Below, one piece after another: positions 43,250-56,176 of a DNA stretch of 64,000 nt. The notes below the pieces were generated by a model. The model saw only the letters and a program-made list of their open reading frames with translations, had not been told where the DNA came from and ran no database searches. How positions within the stretch are numbered: the first letter of the stretch is position 1; the number at the start of each line of letters is the position of its first letter. The DNA comes from Bilabrum cf. latius. Lineage: Eukaryota. Both the position numbers and the translations under genes were made by a program. The stretch covers positions 496,001 to 560,000 of the forward strand of contig OZ237770.1 in NCBI GenBank assembly GCA_965178125.1, written 5' to 3'.

Positions 43250-43699
43250 ACCATTCACCCTTGCCTCTGCAGCAGATGATAGAATCAAATGCGTGAATTT
43301 GCCCTGCCGTGCCGCTGATTTGTCTTCGAAGGCTGCCTACGTGGGGTCAAGCCGCGGCGGACACAGCACTGGGGTTTCACGGTGGTCCCCGGTACGCGAC
43401 ACATAATTCGCGAGCGACAGCCAGTCCGGCCCAATAGAGGACCCATATGCACCAGCCATTGTTCAACTCGAGATTCACAAATGGTAAGCAGGGCTGAGTG
43501 TTCCCGGCAATTAATTTCACTGCACTGTTGTGCACGGCGGGAAAGCCGGAAATTGGTCGCGTGAATCAGTTGACAGACGGAGCCATCAGGGCGCGCAGAC
43601 CACGAGCAAGTACCTACTATAATCTGCGTGCTGCTCCGAGGCTCCGGGCACCGCCTGGGCCATCGCTCCTCAAGCGGCCGCGGTGAGGTGGTGAAAAAC

Positions 43700-46600
43700 T
43701 CATGCTCGCGGGCGGCTCGCAGCGCGCTTCCGGCCGGCACTGCGCTTGCCGCTGCTCTGCTTGGCAGATCCAGCCCTGGCTCTCCGGCGCGTGGACTTTG
43801 GAGTCGTAGCAGATACAGGCTCCGGGTCCTCCGCCCCGCTGGCGAGCAGGGCCCTCGAGCGGGCCCCCCCCCGCAGCAGGGCTGCAGTCGGGGGCCCCAG
43901 CGGTGCCCTGTCCCCCGCGGCACCCACCAGCGCGGGGTCTCTGCGCGCGTACCTGCTGCAGTAGGCCCCCAGCGCCCACACGGGGAAGATGTTCCGGTAG
44001 TTGGCATACGTGATCCCGCAGCTGCGGTTGAAGATGCCAGTCACGCTCTCCTGCGGCCAGTCCCCGTTGGTGCGCTGCCTGCGCATCAGGAAAGCCACCG
44101 CCCTCCCCACCGCCTCCTGGTCCTCGCACTGTGCCCCCACCAGGGCGAGCAGCGCCCATGCCGTCTGCACCACGGTGGAGGGCGCGTCGATGTACCGCTT
44201 CATCACGCAGCTGAGGTACGACTCACCCCATCCCCCGTCGGTGTGCTGGTGGGACAGCAGGAACCGACACAGCCTGGCCAGCCGAGGCTTGTCCTCGTCA
44301 CACGCCAGTCCATGCCGTCCCGCCCCCAGCCGCAGCCCCTCCACCGCCCACCACGCCGCATACGTGAAGCACACGCCCCAGGACCCGTAGTAGCTGCCGT
44401 CCTCCCGCTGCTGCCGCCGGATGAACCCCACACCACGATCGATCGAGGCGTCCACCTCCGCGCCGCGGTACCTGCTGCCCTTGCCAGCGGGGCACTGCAC
44501 GCCGCCCCCACCACCTTCATTCCCGGCATCCGCGTCCACGTCCCCGTTCTCGGTCATGGGCCCCCCGCCCCCGCTGGCCCGGAACTCTGCCAGCGCGCAC
44601 ACGCAAGCCGAGGTCAGCTCCGTGTACGAGTAGTCCACCATGATGTCCCCGAACACCTCCGCGGGGTTGAGCAGCTCGAACCAGTCGCCTCCTCGCTTCA
44701 GCTCGTAGGTGGCCCAGCCATCGTCCCCGTTCTGGTAGGACAGGATCAGGTCCACGGCCTGCTGCAGCCGAGGGGTCGGGATCACCCGGCGAAGGCGCAT
44801 GGGCGCAGGCGCGTGCTGACCCTGGCCCTCCGCCTGGCCCTCCTCCGCTTGTTCCCTGGCTCTCTCCAGCTTCGCTTCCAACGCGTGCACGCCCAGTGCG
44901 GCCTTGAGTCCCTCGCTGGTGCAGTCCGCGATGGGCCAGCCGTGGTCCCTCGTGCTGAAGGGCCAGCCGCCGATTGATGGGTGCCTGTACCAGTGATCCC
45001 GCCTGTCCTCGTCACACCTGATCTGCGACCGCTCCACGAACCCGTAGGCATCCCTCAAGAATGTCCTCGCGTCATCCACGGCGCCCACCAGCGCGGGGCC
45101 CGCGTCGGCAAGTGCCTGCGCGGCGAATGCAGTGTCCCAGAGCTGCGACCCGTTGTACCCCTGCATCTTGAGCCCGTCCTCTGCCACCCAGAGGTAGTCG
45201 GGCACGCGGGCCACGTGCCTCTAGAAGTGGGGATTGTCCCCGCGCATGCCCCCCGCGAACCACGTGCACAGCATGTTCATGACCTTGTTCACGGGCCCGA
45301 TGTCCACGAAGTTCGTCTGCACGTCCTCGGCATGCATGTACTGCACGCACCACCGCAGCCCCTGGTCCCGCACCCAGTTCCCGGTGCTGCCCAGAGCCAT
45401 GGAAGCCTCCTCCGCGGCCCCGTCTCCCCCAGGGTCCCTCCGCTCCTCTCGCGCCTCTGCGTCTGCATCGAAGCGCGCGGGCCCCTGCCCCTCGCTGCCT
45501 GCACCCTTCCCCTCCCCTTCCTCTTTCCCCCCAGCCGACCCGCCCCTGCCCTTGCCCCTGCTGCTGGCCCTGGCCCTCCCCCTCTTGACGGAAGGGGTGC
45601 GCCCCAAGCCGCTCACGTCCTCACCGCCGCTCTGCTCCGACAGGCACCCAGGGCCATCCTGCGGAACCGGCGCGCGCGGCGCCCCATCGAACGCCATGGT
45701 GGCCCTGTCCTCCTCCGTCTCTGCCGGCCTGCAGGCCCAGGTCTCGTAGGTTGCAACCGCGTCAAAGGCGCAGTCGGCCAGGAGGGTGTGCGGGGAGTAG
45801 AGGTCGATAGGACACACCGTGGAGCGGCACCTGTTCCAGTCGATGCTCTCGTACCGCCCCTTGAAGATCTCAGAGCGGAGGGCCCGCACCAGCGGAGTAA
45901 GCGGGCCCCTGCACCTGGCCCCAAACAGGAACGACATGGGCAGGTATACCATGCGGCTGTGGCACCACATGCGGCCAGGGTGGAAGGGGAACCAGCGGGG
46001 CAGCAGCCAGAGCTCCGGCGGGATGGCGTTGACTCCCTCATACTCGTAGCACCCCAGCACGCACAGCCACAGCTTGCCCCAGGCCGGCACGCCCTCCGCC
46101 CCCCCGTGCTCCTGGATCCACGCACGGGCGCGCTGCATGCGGGCGTCCTCGGGCCCGAAGCCCAGCAGCCGCATGGTCACGTAGTTGAGCACAGTCCCAA
46201 ACATGGTGCTGGGCCCGTGCATGTGCAGGCCCCAGCCCCCGTCAGACTGCTGGTGGTTCAGCAGGTACACCCTGACGCCGTCTTGCTGTGCGGGGCTGAG
46301 CCGCATCCCGGTGATGGAGCTCGTGATCACCAGCCCAGGAAGCAGGAAGAAAGGGCCCCCGTAGTCGCCTGCGAGATGCCCGTCTCCCTGCTGCAGTGCA
46401 CGAAGGTGCTGCACGCCGGCTGCAAGCACGCCTCGGGCCGTGCCGCCGCCCCCCCCGCGCCCCTGGATGGCCACATCGCCCTCGGTTCCGGCATTGGCCC
46501 CGGCCTCCCCTCGACAGGGCGCCGTGGCGGCGGCTGGGAATCCGTTACGCCTCAGGACCTGGGGCCGCATGAGCTTGTCGGCGGCGTGCTGCGGTGAAGC

Positions 46601-47521
46601 AGGGCAGAACAGAGGCAGGGCGGGAACTGAGGGGCGGTGGTGAGGGCAGGCCATTCGCGCTCATGACAGGCCGAGAGGGGACGAGCACTCCCATGCGGGG
46701 GAAAAACTACGCAATCGAGTCGTTGATGCTGCCATTAACATAGCCATCGATACGTGCATGCTCACGGGGTTGTCAGAAGCTGAAAAGCTCTCATCTTCGC
46801 CGTGGGGGCCCCGCACCGAAATAGGCGAGACCGGGCGGTACTACCAGCCCACTCCGATGCCGTGCACGGGATCCACGTCCATTTGCTCGCCCTTTGCTGC
46901 CTCTGCCAACCGCTCTGCCTGAGCCGACTCGAGTTCGACGGGCGCCCAAGAGGCAAGCCCGCGATCGACCCACGTCTACCGGCCGACCAAATGGCCACTG
47001 AGGCCGCCAATTCCCGTCGATCGGTCGACCTTACATCCTCTTCCCTTCGACTCCCCCTCAGCAAACCAGCCATCCCGCGTTAGGCGGCCTGCTCGCGACG
47101 AGTAAGCGTCTCCGATGCAATCCATGCCTTCCCGAGCGGGGTCTTCGGCAGAGGCCTCAGATCCTGACCCGAAGCTAGCACAACCTTCACCGGCATAGTC
47201 CCACACGTATCGCATGCGGTACTACTGCCTTCCGGGGTGGTCAGGCGGGCAGGTTTCTACGTGATTGTTCCAAACTGGATTCGCCCCAGACCCATAGCTG
47301 GCGCCCTGGCCAAGAATTCCAAAGAATCCCAAGGGCCCGCACCCACAGCAAGCATCAAGTGTACCAAGGCAAGCTAAAACACCGCCAAGAGACACTGCAA
47401 CCGTGAGCCAGAACCACCAGCCAAAGCCTGTTTGATCGTTTGGCAGTTGGTCATTCGCTTCTGCCTCTGCAAGCGCAGCGCAAGCCACCAGACCCCACAT
47501 AAGACATTTCATTGGTGTCAT
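43700..47521 (-). CDS. CAS1: 2,3-oxidosqualene cyclase of cycloartenol synthase type; intron 46589-46765; 4 in-frame TAG
   Basis: GR(TAG)TW, DGHLAGDYGGPFFLLPG, MWCHSRMVYLPMS, MQGYNGSQLWD, FSTRDHGWPIADCTSE, QW repeats. The Tyr/His/Ile triad matches cycloartenol synthases. TAG at 47222, 46976, 46841 and 45221. Ends TGA. Confidence 0.92.
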
Positions 47522-47659
47522 ACCTTTATGTTTAGGCTACTTCTACTCCACACGACACGAGTTGAGCCTTGAAGATCTAGTGTTTTCAAACGGCTGACCT
47601 CGTTCCCTTGGTTCCGCAAACGATGTCGAATGGGATCAGGCTGGTCGCAATCACCAGGT

Positions 47660-50600
47660 TCAACTACCACCGAACCCCTTGAGCGCATTCTTGGTCTAAT
47701 GGGACACTTTCCTTCCTTGACCTCCTCCACCTCGACCTCGGCCCCTTCCCCTGCCGCCCGATCCCCCACTACCTCTGCCTCGACCGCCAGTCAGGTACGG
47801 GTTCGAGCCCCTCGAGCCGCCCGACCCCCGCGACCCACCCGAGCCCTTGGAGCCCCTCGATTCGCTCCTTCCCTTCCCACCACGCCCCCGTCCACGGCCC
47901 CGTCCCCCGCCGCCCTTCTTGCCAGAGGCGCCCCCCCTGGCACCCTGCCTCCCTGCCCCTGCCCCCGCCTCCATGATGGCCCCCGACGTGAGCCCGCCTG
48001 CCTCGTGGGCCCCTGTCTTGTCCCTCCCCTTCTCTTTCCCCTTCTTCTTGTCACTTCCCTTGCCGTTCCCTTCGTCTTTGGCCGCCCATCCCGCGTCCTA
48101 GAACACCTTCATCTCGCCACCCCCACCGGCACCGGTACCGGTACCCCCACCGTTGCTGCCCGCTGCCGCACCGTAGGCCCTGGCACCTGCACTGCCACTG
48201 CTCGCACCAGTGCCCTCCCCAGTCTGTCTCCGATCCGCATCCTCGGCGCCCTCGGGGCCCAGCAGACGCTCGAGCAGCGCGCTTCGCCTCGGCCTGTCGC
48301 CCTGCGGCAGCGATGCAAGGCCATGCACCTCTGCTAGGGACCGCGGCAAGGCATCGCCCAGCGCCGGGCCCCCGTTGCCCCCCTCCCCTCCTCCCTCCCC
48401 CACTGCGCCCAGAGCCGCGTCGGCCTCTCTGGCAGCGGCCAGGTCCTCCCGTGTGCCATCGTGCACCCCCAGCGCAGCCAGCTCTGCAGGAGAGGGCAGC
48501 CCCAGCAGCTGCTACAGGGACAGGTGGTGCACCGCGGCTGCCACATGCAGGGATCCCTCATTGGCACCGGCTTCCGGGCTGGCACTTGCACCAGGGCTCT
48601 TCTGGTCGGAGCTGGATGCATGGGTGGATGCTGCAGCCGGCACCTCCCATTGCCACTGGGAGGAGGAAAGCCCCTCACCCTCTCCATCGATGTCCCCCTT
48701 TGTCTCTTCACGTGGCTCTTTGCCCTGCATGGGCTCCAGAGGGCGGAGCCGCAACACGGCAGACCACCCCAGCCCCGCCTCCTCCTCATCCTCCTCCCAC
48801 TGCTGGAACACACCCCGCCCCAAGGAACCAGCCGATACATCCCCGCTCAGCCCCCTCGGTCCGTCCATCCAGCCCGCCTCTGCTCCTGCCTTCCCCCCGG
48901 CCCCGGCCCCGGCCCCGGCTCGCAGCAAGTGCTCAGCCGCCAGCCGAGCCCGCACCGGCAGCTGATCCCCCTTGTCCCCTTGCAGCGCCCCCCGCGCCTG
49001 TCCCCTGAGCTCGCGGAGCACACCGGGGGCGCACTCATCGACCTCACTGCTCCCGTCCTTGTCCTCATCTTCGGCCTCATCCTCATCCTCATCTTCATCG
49101 TCCCCGTCCCCGTCCTCCATGCTAGCCTGCTTTGCCCCAGCACCACCCCCGCGCTGAGTGCCCCTGCTGCTAGCACTCGCCGCCGCCTCGGCTCCACGCA
49201 GTAGCTCCAATAGCCCGTCCTGCTCTGCAGCCACGAAGGCCACTGTGGGTCGACTGTACCGCAGCAGAGCTGACTGCCTCGCTGGCATGTGACGAGCGAT
49301 GGTGGCAAGCGCGTGGCCAGCCAGCACCTTGCCCGGGGCCACGTCCGCCGCCCGTGCCGTTCTGTCTCGCCATTCGCACAGGGCACAGAAAGCGTGCGCC
49401 GAGGGAGACGTGGGATGCAGAGGCACTCCCAGCCTCCTGGCCAGAGCGCCCACAGCCACGTAGTCAAAGGCAGGCACGCGGTACAGCTACCCACACAGGC
49501 TGCGACTGGCCAGCAGCACGCTGGCGAGAGCAGCGGGCACTCGTGCTCTGCCCGCTGCCTCCTCGCTGTCCTCTGTGCCATCCTCTGTTCCCTCCTCCCA
49601 CGATGCATCCGATGCCGCCTCACCCCTCCATCCTTCTTGATCATCCCCTTCACCACCCCCTTCTGAGCCGGCTCCTGCTCCTGCTCCTACCCCTGCTCCT
49701 GCTCCTGCAGCACCCGCCTGCCAGGTCGGGGGCCCCACCAGCGGTCCTCCTACGCAAGTCACCCGCCTGCCCCCAAGGTCAATTAGTTCGTTCTGCAGGC
49801 GCTGGTAGATACCAGGTAGAAAATGCGTGTCAGCCTGCGCATAGCGAGCCAGAGGGGCGGACAGGCCCACCGTCTCTCTCTCGGCCACGCCCACACCCGC
49901 ACCAACGAGTGCCCCCGCCCCTGCCCCCGGGCCCGCCACCGCCGCCTCCATGGGCCTACCAGCAGCCAGCCGCTCCTCGTGCTCGGGCCTGCGTCTCCAG
50001 TCGGCCAGCTGGTGCCGCTTGTCCGCCTCGAACTCGGCGTACACCTTGAGCAGGTAGGCCAGCGACAGGGAGGGCAGGCCCAGCGCCCTGGCAGCCCGCC
50101 CCGTGTCGAACACGTTCACCAGGAACAGACCTAGGTCCCGCTGCAGCCAGCCCACGTCCCTGTCCATCCCGTGCATCACCTTTACCACGCGCGGGTCCCC
50201 CAGCAGATCCTACAGCGGCCCGCAGTCCCCTGGACCCAGCCGAAGGGCGTCCACCAGCACGTCCTGGTCCGCGGTGCTGAGCTGCACGAGGCACGTGAGG
50301 CCCTGGAAGCTCTCCTGCGAGTGCGCCTCCACATCGACCGCCAGGATGCGGGGCAGTGACTGGGAGCGGTGCTTGGCAGACCGTGGGGCTGCGGCTGCTG
50401 ACGAGGAGGAGGAAGAGGAGGAGGAAGCCTCCAGGCCCATCCGCTGCTTGATGTCCTTGCAAACGGCCCCTAGGGCTCCTGCTGTGCGCACCTCAACCCT
50501 GTGCGTGTCAAGGGGGGCGCGCATGGGCAACAGCTCGTCTTGAGGCCAGGGCCGGGTGAGGAAAGCGGGGGGCAGGTGCCGGTGCTGGCGGTACAGCGCG

Positions 50601-51418
50601 TCTGCTTGTGGCTTCCACTGCGCCTCGGGGAGGGCCTCCAGCTCTCCGTCAATAGGGGCTGCCATTGGTTGGGAGGGCAGCGGGGCAGACAGAAAGCCAG
50701 GCAGAGGCACGCCGTGCTTGGAGAGACGCGCCCGGCACTCGCGCACTGCCCTGTCCGCGGCCAGGTGCTGCCGCCGCGCCTCTTCTCTGCTGTTGGAGGC
50801 GGCGCTGCGGCGCAGACGAAGCAGGCCCAGTCGTTGGGCAGCCGTAGAGTCCCTCCAGCCCCCAGTTGCAAGAGCCACCCCGGGAGCTGCGTCGGCTCTC
50901 CGAAGCTAGGAGCCCCCATCAGCCGAGGCACCAGCGGCGTCCTGCCCCGGCATTCCGCGCTTTTTGCGTCCTCCATCCTCGGCTAGCTCGGTCAAATTAG
51001 CGATCCCTTCAAGTGCTTGCTCCGAACGCTCCTAGATTTCCTCGCCCGACGCGGCGTCGCCGGGGTCCGAGGCGAGCAGGCGCACCGCCTGGTGCGCTTC
51101 ATTAGTCGCAGTGCGGGATCGCCCCTACTTGGCAGTATCAGCCTCCCCTGTTCGAGCAAACTCGATGGCTTCTCCACTTTGGTCGCACTGGTCGGCAAGC
51201 TGCGCTAGCATTTCGAGGAGGATCGTAGACTCTGGAACATCGCTGCCAGCCCTTGCCGCAGCTTGAATCTCAGGCGCAACCGACCTGGCCGCCCGCACCC
51301 CAGCAACAAGAGAAGAAAGAAGCTCCTCTGGATTCGCGCCAGGGATCGCTGACCGTAAAAGAGCATCAGCAGCTTCAGTGGGAGATTGGGCTGTGCCCGG
51401 AGATTGCTGCCCTGCCAT
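47660..51418 (-). CDS. RRP6: Exosome-associated 3'-5' exonuclease RRP6/EXOSC10 (DEDDy + HRDC); 8 in-frame TAG
   Basis: LAVDVEAHSQESFQGLTCLVQLST, VKVMHGMDRDVGWLQRDLG..VFDT, DKRHQLADWRRRP, YAQADTHFL, HRDC LCEWRDRTARAAD. ATG at 51418, TGA at 47660. Confidence 0.9.
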
Positions 51419-51824
51419 TGGGCTTTCTTGCCTTTGCGCGAATAGCCGAACCGCCAAGAGTATTACGAGATTATGATTGCTGTGGGGGCAGGGCGTGCAG
51501 GCAATTCTCGTCTTTGCTGTAGTGCGAACGAAATAGACTATGTGTTGGTTCGGAAGCAGGATGTGACGAGCGGCATGAGGCACAAACAGGGCTGGGCCAG
51601 GCAGGCAGGCAGGCATGGTGCGGTGGTGGGCCGCAATGAGATTCGCGATGGCGCTGCATTTATTCTGCCTGACATCCGTATTGGTTGCGAGGCTCATTGA
51701 CTTCCTTGAATCTGCAAGCCAAGTGAGATGTTGTGCCTTGCATTGTGGAGATGTACCGGTACGAGGGGCAGCGGAAATCTATGTCTCAACGTCTAATAAC
51801 GGCCCCAGCTCGTCACACCGCGGG

Positions 51825-53451
51825 TCACACCGTGGCCTTCACCGCGGCCTGCACGTCCTTGGCAGCCACCACCTTGGCCCCGCTGGCACCGATGCGCCCG
51901 ACCAGCGCCTGCAGCGCCTCAGCGCCCATGCCGGCCCCCCCTTGCTGTGTCACGTTCCCGTGGCCCCAGCTCCTCGCAATGGCCTCACCCAGCGCCGCCT
52001 CGTCCGTCTTGCCGGACCCGCCCACCAGCACCACCTGGGACAGGGGTGCGGCCAGCAGGGGGGCCTCGGGGGAACTCGCCCACTGCACGCCGCCCCACTG
52101 CACCGCCCCCCGGGGCACTGGGCTCCCCTCGCCGCCCTTCTTGCCCTTGCCCTTCTTGCCCTTGGCCCCTGCCGCCGCCCCCACGGCCCGCACCCCGAAG
52201 GCCTGCCCCACACCCTGCGCCGTGACGCACGCCGCCCCAGCGGCATACACGGCATCTCCCGCGCCAGAGGCGGCGGCGGCGCTGGCGGCCGAGGCCCACG
52301 GTGCGCCCACCACGAGCGAGCTGCCCTTGCTGCCCACCAGCACGTCTCCACTCGTCACACTGAAGGCGGGCGCTTCGTCCGCATGCTCGTCTAGCCTGTA
52401 CCTGCGCCAGTCGTCTGGCACCACGTCGTTGCCCGACACGGCCAGCATGCGCTGGGACGTGGCCGGTGCCCCGCCCAGGTGTCTCCAACCGGGGGTCACC
52501 GCCAGCTCCGAGGCACACCGAGCGGCAGCCGCCAGGAGCGCCCCCGGGCTGGCGGGCCCCGTGGCCAGGACCTCTCCCTTGGCGCTGAGCTCGGGGTCTC
52601 CCCAGCTCTCCACGTCCACGTCGCTGAGCACCACGGCAGAAGGGGATGCCTGCGCGCCCTTGCCCTTGCCCTCCCCCTGCGCGCCCTGCTCCTGGGCGGC
52701 CTCGAGGACGGCGGGGGTGGGGGCCGACCGGGAGCTGTGCAGCACCAGCACGTTTCTGGGGAACCAGTCCGGGTCGTAGAGCGGGGTGGCTAGCAGCGCA
52801 TGCCTGAAAAAGAGAGCTGTCCGGGGGCAGTCGGTCACCACGCGCACCCGCACCTCGCAGCTGCGGTGCGAGCCAAGCGCTCCGTCGTGCACGAAGAGAC
52901 GAGGGCTGTTGCCCAGCTCGCTCCTAACATATTCTCTAGCTTCATCGCTCTCGTCTACTCCAGCAACACCAAATCCGGCCTGTTCATCCGTGCAGAGGCT
53001 TGCTGTCGCTCCACTATCCAAGGCCACAGTGCGCTGGGGCCCCGCTCCGACAGAGCCTCGGGGGGCGTGCATAAGCAAGGTTTCCAGGGATGCATTTGCA
53101 AACACGTCACCGGTGGCGGTGACGCTATCGGTCTGCAGGCTCCAATTCACGCCGTAGTTCAATCCATGCCCCTCACGCGGGAAGATCTGCGATCGGCCAG
53201 CAGTGAGCCAAAGCACGGCAACAGCGCACAGTGGACGGGAAATTGCGATGCTATGCGCAGATATTCAATGTTATGATACTCTACCTTACCCAATGGTCCG
53301 GTGAAGCCTGGTGGTACGGGTCGTGCGCAAGGACGCTCATGCCTCTGCCCTGATGCATCGTCAAAAGAGCTCCAACCTGATGTGTTCGCCTAAATGCCAG
53401 GGACACGCTGGTATTTAATCTGCATGACACATTTTTAAGCTACCTAAACAT
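51825..53451 (-). CDS. PEPCK(ATP) N-terminal-domain-like protein, probably non-catalytic and mitochondrially targeted; intron 53187-53289; 1 TAG
   Basis: LFVHDGALGS..VRVRVVTD..ALF resembles the PEPCK N-domain; FPREG..LNYGVNWSL. Exon 1 MFR(TAG)LKNVSCRLNTSVSLAFRR looks like a presequence. GTAAGG...CGCAG intron is in frame. Ends TGA. Confidence 0.6.
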
Positions 53452-53745
53452 CGAGTCAGCCTCCAGCGGGCAGATTTGGATAGACTTGTTGCTTTCTGTA
53501 TTTAGTTTGTACCGTACACTTAAGTACCCCTGCAAATTTGGAGTCATTGGCAGGTTCGTCCCAGGTTATTGCAGGGTACCCCTAAGGGGATCGAAACTCA
53601 AGTGAAGCTTCACAACAAGTGAAAATCTGGTTTCGACATCCGTTTCGTGGAACAAACAACTTTTTGCTTTTCTATCGGGTGGTTCTGTACGTACCGGCGT
53701 TGGTAGTTTCGCAACAAATTAATTTTCAAGTATTGCTGTGATATC

Positions 53746-55935
53746 ATGAGCGGTCGTGGAAGGCACGGCGGTGGAAGGGGCGGTTACAGGGGAGGAACGG
53801 GCGGAGGCGCGAGCTCTTCAGGCGGCCACGGCGGCGGTGATGGCAGCCACGCGGGAAGAAAACGTGGACGTCGTAGTAGAGGAGGACGCGGGGGGCGTGG
53901 CGGTGGCCACGGCGGGTCTGGTGCAGAGCGCGCAATCCCCGGGGCCGAGGGTTTGCGCGGTGCGCCCGGCAGCGGTCGCTCTCGGGGCGATGGCAGGCGG
54001 GATGGATCAGCAGGGTCGGATTCTAGTCGCGGACGGCCTTAGAAGCATGCTCGCACGGAAGCACCACCCAGCAAGAGCGGCGTCGTTCCCTTTGGCGCCA
54101 CGAAGCTGGAGGCCCACACGGGTGGAGCTGCGGCGCGCAAGGGGGGTGCCCCCTCCTCGGGGGCAGGGGCCGCACCTGCACCCGCACCCGCACCCGCACC
54201 TGCACCAGCCTCGAGTGCTTTCGCTTCTTCTGCCTCTTCCGCTGCCTCCGGGGCGTCGAAGGGCGCGGGCCCGGGCCGCTCCCTGGCCCCCGGCACGCAC
54301 GCGCTGGCAGACGTGTCCTTCCGCTCGCTGGGCCTGAGTCGGCCGGTGCAGCGGTCCATGGACGAGATCTTCGAGTATCCCAACTGCACCCCCGTGCAAG
54401 CGAAGGCCATCCCCCCGGCAATGCGAGGGACGGACGTGATGGCGCGGGCCAGGACCGGCACCGGCAAGACGCTCGGCTTCCTCATCCCGGCCATCGAGAG
54501 GCTGGCGGGGCCCGCGAGGGGGGCCCCCGTGAGGGGGGTGTCTGTGCTGATCGTGTCACCCGCCCGCGAGCTGGCCATGCAGACGCACAAGGACGCCGTG
54601 AAGCTGCTTCAGTTCAGGCACGGGATGCGGGCCGAGTGCGTGATCGGGGGCACCAACATGAAGAGCGAGGCCAGGCGCATGCGGGACCAGGGCGTGGACG
54701 TGCTGGTGGCCACCCCTGGGAGGCTGCTGGACCACGCAGAGAACACCCCTGGGATGAGGGAGGCCCTGGGCCGCGTGCAGGTGCTTGTGCTGGACGAGTG
54801 CGACCAGCTGCTGGACCGCGGGTTCCTCAAGGAGATCCGCCGCATCCTGGCCCTCATGCCGAGGACCGAGGACAGGCAGACCCTCCTATTCAGCGCGACC
54901 ATCAGCAAGACCATCCAGGACGTGGCCAAAGTGGCGCTGAAGCCAGACCACGTGTTCGTCAACACGGTCAAGGAGTCGGGCGCCCCCACCCATGCGGCAG
55001 TCTCCCAGGAGGTCATCGCCGCGCAGCCACACGCGCTGGCTCACACCCTCTGGAGGGTGCTGGCCCACCACGCCGCCAAGGAGACCCACTTCAAGGTCAT
55101 CCTGTTCACCGCCACGGCGCGCATGGCGCAGTTCCTGTCCTCGCTGCTGCGGCGGGCGGGGCTGCCGGGGGGGGCGGGCGCCGTGGTGGACATCCACTCG
55201 CGCAAGAGCCAGTCGGCGCGGGAGCGTGCCTCCAAGACCTTCCTGGCAGCATCCAGGGGCTTCCTTGTGTCATCGGATGTGAGTGCCCGGGGGATGGACT
55301 ACCCCGATGTGACCCTCGTGTGCCAGCTGGGCCTCACTACGAGGGAGCAGTACATCCACAGGCTCGGGAGGACGGCAAGGGCGGGGCGCGCGGGGGACGG
55401 CGTGCTGGTGCTGCTGGACGCTGAGGCGGGGCCCATGATGAGGGAACTCAAGGGGCTGGCCATCAAGCCAGCGGGGCCAAGCTCAACCATCGCAGGAGGC
55501 GAGGCGGCGGGGATCAGGGCGAGGGCTGTGGCAGGCTGCCCCGCCCCCGTGGTGCCCGAGGGCAGGTCGACCGAGGTGCCCCAGATGCAGGCAGCACTGG
55601 ACGCCGTGGGCACGGACAGGGATCTGAACAAGGACGCGAGGCTGGCATACGGTGCGTGGCTGGGCTTCTACAACTCCAACATGAGGCGCATGGGGTGGAA
55701 GCCCGAGGCCCTGGTGCGCGAGTGCAACCGGCTGTTCGCAGAGCCGGGGGGGCTGGGGCTGCTGGAGGTGCCTGCCCTAGAGGCCAAGACGCTGGGCAAG
55801 ATGGGGCTCAGGGGCACGCCCGGGCTGAAAGAGGCGCCTCGGGCTGGGGGCGGACAGGCCCGTGGGGGCGCTGGAGGTGGCAGGGGTCGTGGAGGCGGCG
55901 GTAGGGGCCGTGGGCGCGGGCGTGGCAGGCGCTGA
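53746..55935 (+). CDS. DEAD-box RNA helicase (DECD variant; Mss116/plant RH25-31-like) with RGG-rich termini; 1 in-frame TAG
   Basis: TPVQ, ARTGTGKT, PARELA, TPGRLLD, DECD, SAT, SDVSARGMD, YIHRLGRTAR, AYGAWLGFYNS. TAG at 54040 joins the N-terminal RGG ORF. Ends TGA. Confidence 0.9.
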
Positions 55936-56176
55936 GTTGGCTTTAAATGTTGATAGACTCTAGTCTCGACTACTCACTGCGCCGGAACCACAGTTGTTGG
56001 TCAGAAGGTACTACTAGTAGTGCTCCGGAATCGTTCTCGCATGAGCAGAAGGTATTCATTCACCAGACTACCATAGATCCAGACTAGGCCTCCGTACATG
56101 GCGAGAATGGTCAATTAGTGCGTACAAATATGTTCGACTGCAGAGAAATCAGTATTCCTGCAGCTTCTATCATGAT

